Assembly (NCBI GenBank): GCA_044225825.1
Contig: JBGAIB010000005.1
Location: 213,750-277,749, forward strand
Source of the DNA: Chitinophagales bacterium
GTDB taxonomy: Bacteria; Bacteroidota; Bacteroidia; Chitinophagales; LD1
Reading direction: 5' to 3'
DNA: 64,000 nt
This document shows positions 10,344-19,891 of the stretch, in pieces. Each line of letters starts with the position of its first letter. Positions within the stretch are counted from its first letter, which is position 1. A program made the translations under genes and the position numbers. The notes beneath the pieces are model-generated. The model saw only the letters and a list, made by a program, of their open reading frames with translations, was not told the DNA's origin and made no database searches.

Positions 10344-12356
10344 TTAATCAACCGATATAAATTTCACTTCCGACTTCTCGCTTTCCTGTCCGTCGAAACC
10401 AACGGCTACCAGGTAGTAGAAATAAGCCTTACCCTTAACTGCTTTCGTATCACTGTAGGCATTAAATGTTACAGGTACGGTTGCCAATTTCTCTTCGGCT
10501 TTAGCCCCCTGCTCGGCCCGGTACAACTGAAACTCCTTAACCGGCACGGCATTACCGCGGTTCCAGGTAACGTTTACACCCTCCTTTCCTTTTGCTAAAC
10601 CCAGACCTGTAGGAGGTGATGGCTGCGCGAAGCTTAAGCTAAACTCTGCAATGCCGCCATTAGCCGAATTAGCACCGGAGTTGAGCACCGTTTGAACCGT
10701 ATATTCATATACCAAACCAACAAGCACAGTTGTATCGAAATAAAAATTGGAGGACACCGGTATTAAGGAAGTAGTGAGCTGTTTAAAATCTGATTCGCCT
10801 TTAATCCGACGCAGAATCCGGTAACCATCTACCACTGCATTACCGGCCTGACTTTCCCAAAACAATTGGGCATAACCTCGGACACTTTTTGCTTCCAGTT
10901 TTATTATGGTTGGTGCCTGGTCGGCTTTAACCACCGATTCCACATAGGCGTATTGCGAAGGTGCGCTAAGCACATGACTGGTATTTTGCTGACGCACCAC
11001 ATAGCTGTAACCATAAGGCGAGTTTAAATCAGGACTTTCGTCCAACCAGGTGCTCAATGAGTCCCTGGCAGGTATCATGTCCGATACCAACAAATAATTA
11101 GAATCTAACCCTATTGCGCGGTAGACGAAATAGCCTTCAATGTTTTTATCAGCGGTAGTCCATTGCACCCGCACTTTACCGTTCTCGCTGCTTGCTGTAA
11201 CGTACCGGGGAGGACGTGGTGCATTTACATCCTCCAGCATTCCAAATACGCGAACACTGCGGAACGAATTCTTCTGAAAGCGATCAGTAAGCTGCAAATA
11301 GTAGTAATACAACTTAGCCGGTTGTACATAGGCATCGAAATACGCAGTATCGCGCGGCGTAGCAAAACCAACTGAAGTATATTCTCCATCATAGCTTTCG
11401 CAACGAAAAATCTGAATGCCTGATACTGACATTTCGTTTACCAGTTTCCAGTTCAATTGAATGCCTTTAGGTGTTGCTACCGACTTTGCTATAAGATATT
11501 GGGGAGCAAGTACATCCTTCGTGTTATAGGTTTTAGTGAGTACGGTATCGCTGTTCTGCGAATAATTGCCATAGGCATCGTAGGCCACTACAAAATATGA
11601 ATAGGCAAGATTGGCCCCCACCGATTTATCCCACACCTCCATTTTCATATCGCCCGATTTTTTATCGGTGCTATATCGAGTACTGTTCTCAATCAGTTCA
11701 TAATCACTTAAGGGCTCCAGTTTACGGTAGATCTTAAACATTTTGGTTTTGCTGGCAGTTGGTATAGTAAAATCAATACGAACCGAAAGTTGATCCTGCT
11801 CCGTTTCTCCTGCCTTAGGCTTCCATAAGCCCTGGTTAGAACTGGGGAATGAAACCGTGTTGGTGATTTGAGGATTTGCTAAACTACCGTCGCGTTTTAC
11901 TTCGCTTAACTGGTATTCGTAAGTGCTACCCCGCTGGGCGGTAGTATCCAGATAAATATTACCAAGTGCCAATGCAATTACACGATCGAACAACAGGATA
12001 CCGAGCGAATCCCAACTATAATTTCTATCCAGGTTTTCCCATGCCGGTATAATATTATCGGGCTGGGTAAACTCCGGTGCTAAGGCGTACCCATGCATTT
12101 GGTGATACCATTGGGTAAACTGTGTACGGCTTTCCGGCGTTGCAAAAGTGCCTACGGTTTGCCAGTTACTTTCGCCCTTTTTGCGCCGTTCTACCTTTAC
12201 TTTAACCGCACCATTTTTATTCGGCCGTTTTGCCGAACAAGGTTGGAAGGGGGTATAAATATAGATGCCTGCCGGACCGCCATGTGCTGCATTATTACTT
12301 TGTGCTGAAACACAAAGGCCGCTTAACATCAGTATCGCTATTATTATCTTCTTCAT
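10344..12356 (-). CDS. secreted protein of ~5-6 tandem FN3-like modules (~670 aa)
   Basis: Start moved to MKKIIIAILMLSGLCVSAQS (ATG at 12356). Recurrent module signature x-(I/V/L)-(Y/F)-R ... Y-x-Y-x-V: FKIYRKLEP, IQIFRCESY, GYFVYRAIG, GYRILRRIKG, FQLYRAEQG, each followed by a YxYxh strand (YSYFVVAYDAYGN, YFYYLVAVGFDGQ). Confidence 0.65.
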   Translation of the reverse strand: MKKIIIAILMLSGLCVSAQSNNAAHGGPAGIYIYTPFQPCSAKRPNKNGAVKVKVERRKKGESNWQTVGTFATPESRTQFTQWYHQMHGYALAPEFTQPDNIIPAWENLDRNYSWDSLGILLFDRVIALALGNIYLDTTAQRGSTYEYQLSEVKRDGSLANPQITNTVSFPSSNQGLWKPKAGETEQDQLSVRIDFTIPTASKTKMFKIYRKLEPLSDYELIENSTRYSTDKKSGDMKMEVWDKSVGANLAYSYFVVAYDAYGNYSQNSDTVLTKTYNTKDVLAPQYLIAKSVATPKGIQLNWKLVNEMSVSGIQIFRCESYDGEYTSVGFATPRDTAYFDAYVQPAKLYYYYLQLTDRFQKNSFRSVRVFGMLEDVNAPRPPRYVTASSENGKVRVQWTTADKNIEGYFVYRAIGLDSNYLLVSDMIPARDSLSTWLDESPDLNSPYGYSYVVRQQNTSHVLSAPSQYAYVESVVKADQAPTIIKLEAKSVRGYAQLFWESQAGNAVVDGYRILRRIKGESDFKQLTTSLIPVSSNFYFDTTVLVGLVYEYTVQTVLNSGANSANGGIAEFSLSFAQPSPPTGLGLAKGKEGVNVTWNRGNAVPVKEFQLYRAEQGAKAEEKLATVPVTFNAYSDTKAVKGKAYFYYLVAVGFDGQESEKSEVKFISVD

Positions 12357-12382
12357 ATCATTCAGGTTAATGGCTTTAAAAT

Positions 12383-15300
12383 TTATTCGCAACCGCCGGT
12401 TCCGCAACTTGGTCCGTTAATCGAAAAATCGAACGAGCCCAAGCCACTTGGTGGAATATTGTTTTCATACGACGCACCAAAGTGAATCCAGCAGTGCGCC
12501 GACACACCATCGCTGATACATGGGCAATACCAGTGCCCATCGCAATCGGAATCGCAACAACCGCCACCGATTTCAGCCGAACCGCCCAGGCACATACCTG
12601 TACCCGCAGTAGTGGCCACACTGATATGGTCCTTGCTTATAGAGCCAGCGATCTCCACCTGTTCCTTCACCTCCACGGAGGCATGCACGCAGCCTACTAC
12701 CACCGAAGCACCGGCATAAGCATGCAAATACACATAGCCACCGGCCAGGAACCCAATAGAAGAAGACAAACCATCGTATTTAAATGAGTTGATAATATTC
12801 AGTCCAATCTCATGATCAAGTCCGGCTTGTACAAAACCACCAAGATTCAAATCAATTTGAGGGATTTTAGGAACGGGCATTTTAACGGAGCCCGCGTTTA
12901 TTATGCCTATGTATTCGCTCCCTGAGATATTTGCAGGCAGGGAGTTGCCATCCAGAGAGAAGGACTTAAAGGAACTTAGTATTGTTGGACTAAAACCTGA
13001 TTTAGTATAGCCTAACCACATGGCACCTTTGGTTTCCTTAAACAGGAAGTCAGGCGGATATTTAATGTTACCACTACCGAACACGTACCATTGGTCCTTA
13101 CCCAGCAATAACTCCATATCCATTGTTACCTGCTGCACACCAAGTGCCGATTCAATGTGGGCAGTACCAATTACTGCCTTCTTATTTACATCATATACAA
13201 AGCTCATATTGCCGAGCGGTGTTTCCACGTTCTTCACGCCTATCTGATTGCCGGGATCAGCTACAATATCCCCCTTGATAGTCATGTAAACCTTTTTCTG
13301 GTCAGCCTTCACACCTTCATCCATTCCGGCCAAATCTCCATTAAACGAGAAGTTGTTCCAGCCTGCACCGCTCTTATTCATTGAGCCTTTAATATTGGTG
13401 ACATAACGGGTTCCACCGTTTTCGTAATAGAATCGGTTAGCCGTTCCTATGGCCTCCAGTTTGTAATCGGTTGATGTTTTGGTGAGCTGCACATCAAACT
13501 TATAATTGCTGGCGGCAGGATCCTGGTCCTTCAACTCTCCTTTTAACTGCAACAGGTTATCCTTAAACACATAGGTGCCGTCTGTTGCCGGGAAGGTGGC
13601 CGATATGCCCTTTGTTTTTAGCTTAAACTCACCTGGGTTATTAAAGAATGGAACCACTTTACCGGAGCCATCTTTCATGTATTTAAGGCCGAAGTTAGTT
13701 TGGTAAATTAACTGGGGCACATTAAAATCGATACAGCCCCCAAGCTGGATATAGTCTTTTCCGGCATCCAGCGCCGAAGCCTGGAATTTCGCCACTTTAT
13801 AAATTTCTACCGGAGCAGCATCGTTGACCAGCATTATTTTATTGTTGCTGCCTTTGCTGAACGACCGGATACTGGAAATCTTGAACTGGGAGCCACCGGT
13901 CATACCTTCCAGTGGGCCGAAGGTGGAGCAGACATTTTCGTTTTGCGGCGGCAACACCACCATACTCCAACAACCGCCATAAGTTGAGTTATCGTAACCA
14001 AAGGAAACAACCGAACCGGATTTAACGGATATATCAACTATACCCCCAAGTTTAAGATTGTTTATCTGATATTCACCAAACATCAGGTCCTTGTGATAGA
14101 CGCTCATATTCGTAAAGGGTACCGATATACCGGTGTTGATAGCGCCGGTTTTAAGTACCAGACCTCCCTCTTTGGTTAATGACCATTTAGTGCCGGTTAA
14201 TGACCATTGACCTAACTTGAGCGAAATAGGTGTAGTGCTATTATAAATACCACTGATATCGTTTATGGTAAGGGTAATTAATCCCGGCTTCAACAAAATA
14301 TCGCCATCACCATCCACATGCTGAATGTTGGTATGCAGTGTAATAGGCATATAGAGTTGGTCATTTAACAGCAGCGTGCTGTCTTTATGTGATTCGGCGT
14401 TAGGATAACGACCATAGAGGTTAAATTTAATCGGAGCCCGGCCACCACTTGCATAACTGAAGACGTTAAATCCTTTAAAGCCATATTCCGGCAATGATTT
14501 ATCGGAAGTAATTGCATTAAACACGCCATCGGCAGGGCCACCAGCAGGGGCAAGCAGCATTTGCGACTGGTTGAATTGCACCCCGGACGTGAAGGTGTTA
14601 CCCTGCAATACAAGCATACCCTTAACAACACCTTTATTCCCTGATTTATCCAATTGCAGCCCCGAAAAGAAATTAGGGGTTAACAATCCACTGATTGTTT
14701 TATTGTATAAGGTTGCAGGAATTCCCCAGCAACCTGTCCATACCGGCAATGTAACCGGGTTCATCAACGGCTTACCGCTTGGTCCTTTATCCGCTCCTGC
14801 TTTTACTTCTACATCCACAAATGGGATGGAAGCATCAGTACTTACTTTTACTACATTATTGGAAGGCAGATTAACCAAACGGCCTGTCACTTTTTGAGCA
14901 CCATTTGTGCCGTTTTTAATACCTGTAACCTCCACAGGGAAACCAAGGAAGGTGCTGAGATCAAAGTTGCTTTCTACCAATTCAAAATCGTGCTGGTAAG
15001 CGGCCTCACCTTGCCAGGCCTGCAAGGCATTTGTGTTTGCGCTTAGATCGCCGTTATAATCATAGAAACCGTTTCCACCACCAAATAGATTACCGGTAAC
15101 ATTTCCACCAACAGTCATACCGCCGCCACCTGTTGTTCCACCGGCAGCGCCGCCTCCGCCTAAACCACCTAACCCATAATTGGAAGTCCAGTTATTATTT
15201 GAAAGATTAAAATTACCGCCTGTTACACCCTGTGTAGGATTATAGTAAAATGATCCTCCCGAACTGTTGGTTGGCTTAAAATTGCCAGTGTAATTATCGC

Positions 15301-18300
15301 CCACATAGTTTGAAGGCGATTTAACTGCATGAATAAGTACATTATCCTTCATAGGAATACCACGTAGTTCATAACGGCCATCCGCATCACTAATAGCTTC
15401 TAACGGTATAGAGGTATGTTGTTGGTCGACATACACTTTGGCACCTGCTACAGGTTTTCCGCTGCTCATTACCCGGCCTTTTAATGTAGCCCCGGGATCC
15501 AGGGCTACTTCTACATAGGTGTAATCATCCTTTTGTACATCACTGGTAACCGTAATCACTTTCGGCACATAACTCCTTTTATCATCGTAGCCATAAACAA
15601 TAAACTCAAACTTAGTGGCATTCGACTCGAACTCCAGGTATGGCACGTGCTCCTTGATAGCAAAAGGCATAGGCCCATTGCCGATAGCGGCATTTCTAAG
15701 CTTTTCGTTTTTAACGTTTGCATTCGTTAGCCGAACTGCAGCATAGGAGATATAATGTTCCTCATCGCTGCTGTAAACATAGAAGTCAATCTCGTGGCGC
15801 TTACGTTTAACTTCAATATTGTTCAGCTTCTGGGTACTGCTTTTTACAGTAACCTCAACCGAATCTACACGGTATAAATCCATGTTATCCGGATAGATGT
15901 AAAGTTTAACCTTGCCATAAGGCACCAACAAGGTGGCTTCCTCATCGCAATTTTCTGCAACCACAGCAGGACCCACACCATATGGCCCGGTTGAACCGCC
16001 GTAATTGTTGTAACTGCAATTTTTGGTTTGGGTTTGTGCCCAACTATACCCTTGCCCAACAATAATCTTAGACTTAACTCCAGTTGTAGTTCCTTCCTCC
16101 ACCAATTTGACCTTTACTTCGATTGGCAAGCGTAAATCAAGGAATACAGATTCCTGCTGACCTTTCAACAAGGGAGCTCCTTTGCGTACCAAATACACCT
16201 GATCCAAAAATCCAGCCTTTTGAACCCATAGCAGCCAAATTTTATTATCGGATAAATTCTGAAAGTCGAATTTGCCATCGGCACCGGTGGTAAAGGTTTT
16301 AACGAGCTTGTATTTTTCGTAAGTCGTAAAATAATTTACCCCGTACAGAGCATACACGTCACTTACATCTTTAACCTCCCAAAGTGGCTTTTCATTCACA
16401 CAACCATCATAAGCACTCTTATCCGGCACGCTGAACAACATCACCTTGGCATCCTGTAGGGCCGTAAAAGCCATATTCGATGCAGGGTGTAAGGTGCCGC
16501 GTATTCTTGGTGCCAGCGCTTTTGCTTCAATGTACAGATTTGTCATTTCAGGTGCATCTGCTGGCTGCTGACTGTTATATGTTAGTGGAGTACAGCTTAA
16601 GCATTTGCTTAGACCAATTTCAACAGGATAAGGGGTACTGTAGTTGTTCATCCCTAATTCATCCGGTTGCACCATTACAAAATACGAATCATCGTAAATG
16701 GAGTATTTGCCTTTATCTAAACCTGCAAGGCGGGTAAATGTAAAATAGCCATCCTTATCGGTATTGGTTTCTGCAACCACATCGTAGGAAACACCATCCT
16801 GATCCTTCAGGCTTGGATAGCTAACCGTGCCACTGTTACCCTCATCAGCAGGTATTGATTTTCTCTTGTTCTTACCACGGCACAAATAAACGCGCAAACC
16901 ATTCAAGCCAACCCATTTATCCTGATTGGTCCATTCCTTTGTAATCCGGCCCTGCATACGAGCTTCGCGTACGTTGGCAGTAAGGGTCCCAATATCATAG
17001 TTGTATCCCCCATCCACCACAAAGCTGTTATCGGGACTGTAGTAATAATCGTTAATCACATTTACCCGCAGTACACGATAGACATCTTTACCATTAAAAC
17101 TACCCACCTTACCTAATTTGGTGGAGAGCTTTGAAGAATCGGAGTAAACGTTAAAATCGAACTTAAACTGACCGGCTCCGTCAGTACTGGTAATTGCAAA
17201 AATGCCCCAGTCGCCGGTATTGGTTATGCTTGCAGGTAAATTTTTGGCAATGGTCTCTGTGCCATTAGGATTTTGATATACAAATTCTGCCACTAACATT
17301 ACTGGTGTATTAGCCAATGGCTTATCTGCTTTTACGTTCGGGTCGTCATTTGATTTTAAGTTGCAATTCCAATGGCCTTTTAAAATACCGGTGATTGAAG
17401 TATTGACCAGCAGATCGGGGACTATGGTAATTTTACGGTCGTAGCAGCCAGCGTTAAAATACTTTTCGTAATCGCTGGAAGCCTGGTAAGTTTGGTCGAT
17501 ATTAAATGTATTACAACTTTCATAATCGCTGGTCCGGTATTCCACCGGTGTCATTATCTCTTCCACACCAGCGCTATATTTTGCATACACATAAAACTTA
17601 TCGGTAGCAGGATTCTTGTCGTCGTTAACAACCAGATCTTTAAAATGTGCCGGGATGTTAGTACTTGTTTCCAGGCGACTGATAACGGCATATTGCTTGC
17701 CGGCAATCTGAATCACATCCTCATTCTCATTGCCGCACTCATGGTGAGGTGAATAGGTTTGCGGATACTTTGTTTTACGCAACACGTAGATGATCACCTT
17801 CTTAGGCTGTTGCTCAACGGGCTGGGTTTTATTGTAATAGTTTTTCTTGGGTAATTCTTTAAATGTTACATCCAGGTTAAAGCTTTTAACACGCGCATAG
17901 AAATCCTTTGTTACATTCTTTTGTTCATCAACCATCACATAATTGTCAGGGTCGTTTACATAAGGATTGGTAAAAGTGGTAATCCCGAAGCCATCGTCTG
18001 CCACGCTTATTTTTAAACCCTTTTTGTAGTGATAAGTTACCCCGGCTACTGTTGTATCCTTTATTTCGCCAAGTACAGCACCTGTCTTAAATTCAAAATA
18101 GCCAAGCGCATCCGTATTGGTTGAACCTACCCACTCCCCGATATCTGAAAAAGTAGCTTTCCCATTCACAGCTTTTTCAAACATCATAAAGGCAGTGCCG
18201 TCGAAAGTTACTACGGGACTATTGCCTTCTGTTACAAGGAGCGCTTTATAGAAATTGATTTTTTTATTGGCATACGGATAGCTTCCTCCCTTATCGGAAG

Positions 18301-19729
18301 ACGGCCCACCGGTAGTTATTACATTGGTGGCAATGGCATTCCCAGTCCAGGAAAAAACCGATTGCTTCGGCAAGTGGTAGCTATAATTTACGTGGCCACT
18401 TACGGTATATTGTCCGTAATTTTTCTTCACCTGAAAAGTCCATACATCGCTGAAGTACTTATTATAGGATGCGCTGCCGTTTCCGGTGCCGTGCACATCC
18501 CATACATAATTAACTCCGGGCTTAAAGTCTCCAATGCTCTTATACCTATAAGTAATTGCCGGTAAACTGGATGCAGCTATATTCCCAGCGGGCACATAAA
18601 TGGACTTCACCTGGGTATCAACAGCAAATGCTTGTGCCGGTGTTTGGCCGGTTTTCAGTTCGGCAATACGCAACACATAACCACTAAAAGCATAGCCAGG
18701 TATAGGGGACGGGCGTTTCCATTCAAAAGTATAATGGTCTGCAACCCCGGTTGTAGAAGAAGTTTTATCAATATCTATAGTAGCATGATTAGCCGGTGTT
18801 TTTAGTACAATAGGAGCAGTTGAGGGAGCAGTAGTGTCTGGTCTAACATCAGTTATGCTTGCGGCTTCCATTGTAAAGAAACAAGGTTCGCTGTAACCGG
18901 CATTTTTAAACTGCACAGTGGTAAATGGATCGGTAGCTTTTACGCGCCAAACGTATTTTTTACCGGCGTCAAGCAGCGGATAGGCATTTGTATAAACCAA
19001 AACGTTTGCTGCCATTACCGTTGTGTTAAACAAAACCGGGAAAGCAGCATTTTTTATAACATCGGCAGGGTTCAGTGTGTTAGGGACTTCTTTCAAGGTA
19101 AACTCATATTGAATGGCCCCGGGAGCTGTAGCTGGCGGAGTCCATGAAAACACCAGATTTTGGGGTTGGCTAAATGGCAGAACGGAAGAACAAAATGGTT
19201 GAATGGGCTGGGGCGCATCGATGTAATAAAGACCGAATGGTGCTGTACAACCGGTACCTTCCATACTTAAGGGCTGGCCGGTAGAATAATCCAATGCTCT
19301 TACACAAATAGTGTAGTTGCCCTCGGGTAATGCCTGATTTTGAATAAGTGCAGCCTGTGTTATACCTGTAAGAGCTACATGGTGCGGGTCGAAGTAACCA
19401 CGTGTTTCATCTTTCGTAAAATCGGCGTTGTAGGTGCCAAACGGTGGCAGTATAATAGGATTAGCAGGTGCGAAATCAGGTTTCGTAGTTCCGCTTACTC
19501 CATTATCACCTTCTATACGAACCCATAATTTAATACGCTGCTCAGCATTGGTTTGGTTAACCATGGTAAGCAATACCTTGTTGGGTTGATCAACATATGT
19601 TGAAATATAGGGAGAGTAAGGCGGCACTACCGTGATATTGACCAATACCTGGTTTTGTGCTTGTAGCGAAAAAAAAGCCTGGCAAAAAACAAATACAGCC
19701 AGCAATACCCTTTTCGAATACTTTTTCAT
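12383..19729 (-). CDS. giant secreted surface protein (~2448 aa) with CarboxypepD_reg/Cna-B-like beta-sandwich repeats, a Gly-rich linker and a Cys-dense C-terminal module
   Basis: Uninterrupted 7.4-kb ORF. Start set at MKKYSKRVLLAVFVFCQAFFSLQAQ (ATG 19729). Repeated xTDxxGxFxF motifs (TNTDALGYFEFK, STDGAGQFKFDF, TNTDKDGYFTFTRL, TGADGKFDFQNL, SDADGRYELRGIP). Linker GLGGLGGGGAAGGTTGGGGMTVGG. Last ~107 aa contain 10 Cys (GGGCCDSDCDGHWYCPCISDGVSAHCW...GPSCGTGGCE). Confidence 0.8.
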   Translation of the reverse strand: MKKYSKRVLLAVFVFCQAFFSLQAQNQVLVNITVVPPYSPYISTYVDQPNKVLLTMVNQTNAEQRIKLWVRIEGDNGVSGTTKPDFAPANPIILPPFGTYNADFTKDETRGYFDPHHVALTGITQAALIQNQALPEGNYTICVRALDYSTGQPLSMEGTGCTAPFGLYYIDAPQPIQPFCSSVLPFSQPQNLVFSWTPPATAPGAIQYEFTLKEVPNTLNPADVIKNAAFPVLFNTTVMAANVLVYTNAYPLLDAGKKYVWRVKATDPFTTVQFKNAGYSEPCFFTMEAASITDVRPDTTAPSTAPIVLKTPANHATIDIDKTSSTTGVADHYTFEWKRPSPIPGYAFSGYVLRIAELKTGQTPAQAFAVDTQVKSIYVPAGNIAASSLPAITYRYKSIGDFKPGVNYVWDVHGTGNGSASYNKYFSDVWTFQVKKNYGQYTVSGHVNYSYHLPKQSVFSWTGNAIATNVITTGGPSSDKGGSYPYANKKINFYKALLVTEGNSPVVTFDGTAFMMFEKAVNGKATFSDIGEWVGSTNTDALGYFEFKTGAVLGEIKDTTVAGVTYHYKKGLKISVADDGFGITTFTNPYVNDPDNYVMVDEQKNVTKDFYARVKSFNLDVTFKELPKKNYYNKTQPVEQQPKKVIIYVLRKTKYPQTYSPHHECGNENEDVIQIAGKQYAVISRLETSTNIPAHFKDLVVNDDKNPATDKFYVYAKYSAGVEEIMTPVEYRTSDYESCNTFNIDQTYQASSDYEKYFNAGCYDRKITIVPDLLVNTSITGILKGHWNCNLKSNDDPNVKADKPLANTPVMLVAEFVYQNPNGTETIAKNLPASITNTGDWGIFAITSTDGAGQFKFDFNVYSDSSKLSTKLGKVGSFNGKDVYRVLRVNVINDYYYSPDNSFVVDGGYNYDIGTLTANVREARMQGRITKEWTNQDKWVGLNGLRVYLCRGKNKRKSIPADEGNSGTVSYPSLKDQDGVSYDVVAETNTDKDGYFTFTRLAGLDKGKYSIYDDSYFVMVQPDELGMNNYSTPYPVEIGLSKCLSCTPLTYNSQQPADAPEMTNLYIEAKALAPRIRGTLHPASNMAFTALQDAKVMLFSVPDKSAYDGCVNEKPLWEVKDVSDVYALYGVNYFTTYEKYKLVKTFTTGADGKFDFQNLSDNKIWLLWVQKAGFLDQVYLVRKGAPLLKGQQESVFLDLRLPIEVKVKLVEEGTTTGVKSKIIVGQGYSWAQTQTKNCSYNNYGGSTGPYGVGPAVVAENCDEEATLLVPYGKVKLYIYPDNMDLYRVDSVEVTVKSSTQKLNNIEVKRKRHEIDFYVYSSDEEHYISYAAVRLTNANVKNEKLRNAAIGNGPMPFAIKEHVPYLEFESNATKFEFIVYGYDDKRSYVPKVITVTSDVQKDDYTYVEVALDPGATLKGRVMSSGKPVAGAKVYVDQQHTSIPLEAISDADGRYELRGIPMKDNVLIHAVKSPSNYVGDNYTGNFKPTNSSGGSFYYNPTQGVTGGNFNLSNNNWTSNYGLGGLGGGGAAGGTTGGGGMTVGGNVTGNLFGGGNGFYDYNGDLSANTNALQAWQGEAAYQHDFELVESNFDLSTFLGFPVEVTGIKNGTNGAQKVTGRLVNLPSNNVVKVSTDASIPFVDVEVKAGADKGPSGKPLMNPVTLPVWTGCWGIPATLYNKTISGLLTPNFFSGLQLDKSGNKGVVKGMLVLQGNTFTSGVQFNQSQMLLAPAGGPADGVFNAITSDKSLPEYGFKGFNVFSYASGGRAPIKFNLYGRYPNAESHKDSTLLLNDQLYMPITLHTNIQHVDGDGDILLKPGLITLTINDISGIYNSTTPISLKLGQWSLTGTKWSLTKEGGLVLKTGAINTGISVPFTNMSVYHKDLMFGEYQINNLKLGGIVDISVKSGSVVSFGYDNSTYGGCWSMVVLPPQNENVCSTFGPLEGMTGGSQFKISSIRSFSKGSNNKIMLVNDAAPVEIYKVAKFQASALDAGKDYIQLGGCIDFNVPQLIYQTNFGLKYMKDGSGKVVPFFNNPGEFKLKTKGISATFPATDGTYVFKDNLLQLKGELKDQDPAASNYKFDVQLTKTSTDYKLEAIGTANRFYYENGGTRYVTNIKGSMNKSGAGWNNFSFNGDLAGMDEGVKADQKKVYMTIKGDIVADPGNQIGVKNVETPLGNMSFVYDVNKKAVIGTAHIESALGVQQVTMDMELLLGKDQWYVFGSGNIKYPPDFLFKETKGAMWLGYTKSGFSPTILSSFKSFSLDGNSLPANISGSEYIGIINAGSVKMPVPKIPQIDLNLGGFVQAGLDHEIGLNIINSFKYDGLSSSIGFLAGGYVYLHAYAGASVVVGCVHASVEVKEQVEIAGSISKDHISVATTAGTGMCLGGSAEIGGGCCDSDCDGHWYCPCISDGVSAHCWIHFGASYENNIPPSGLGSFDFSINGPSCGTGGCE

Positions 19730-19891
19730 GCGCGGTAGATTGATATAGTCAAATATGTAAACTATCGGTCTGTCGATAAAAAAATGTTTCCGTATATTCG
19801 GGAAGTTGAAAGGCTTGATTCCATTGCCTACAAGCAACAAATCGTTGATTTTCAAATATTAATACCATTTAACCAATATAAGTCGAACGCC

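Noticed and set aside
12383-19729. Giant protein as a T9SS cargo (SprB-like gliding adhesin).
   Set aside because: I see no C-terminal beta-sandwich sorting domain pattern and no PorP/SprF-sized partner. The C-terminus is instead a Cys-dense module. This cannot be excluded without profile searches, so it is left as a test under the finding.
19730-19855. N-terminal 42-codon extension of the giant ORF (MKINDLLLVGNG...), overlapping the divergent 19784 ORF.
   Set aside because: The internal MKKYSKRVLLAVFVFCQAFFSLQAQ is a textbook signal peptide and must be N-terminal. The extension would bury it and would overlap the divergent promoter region.
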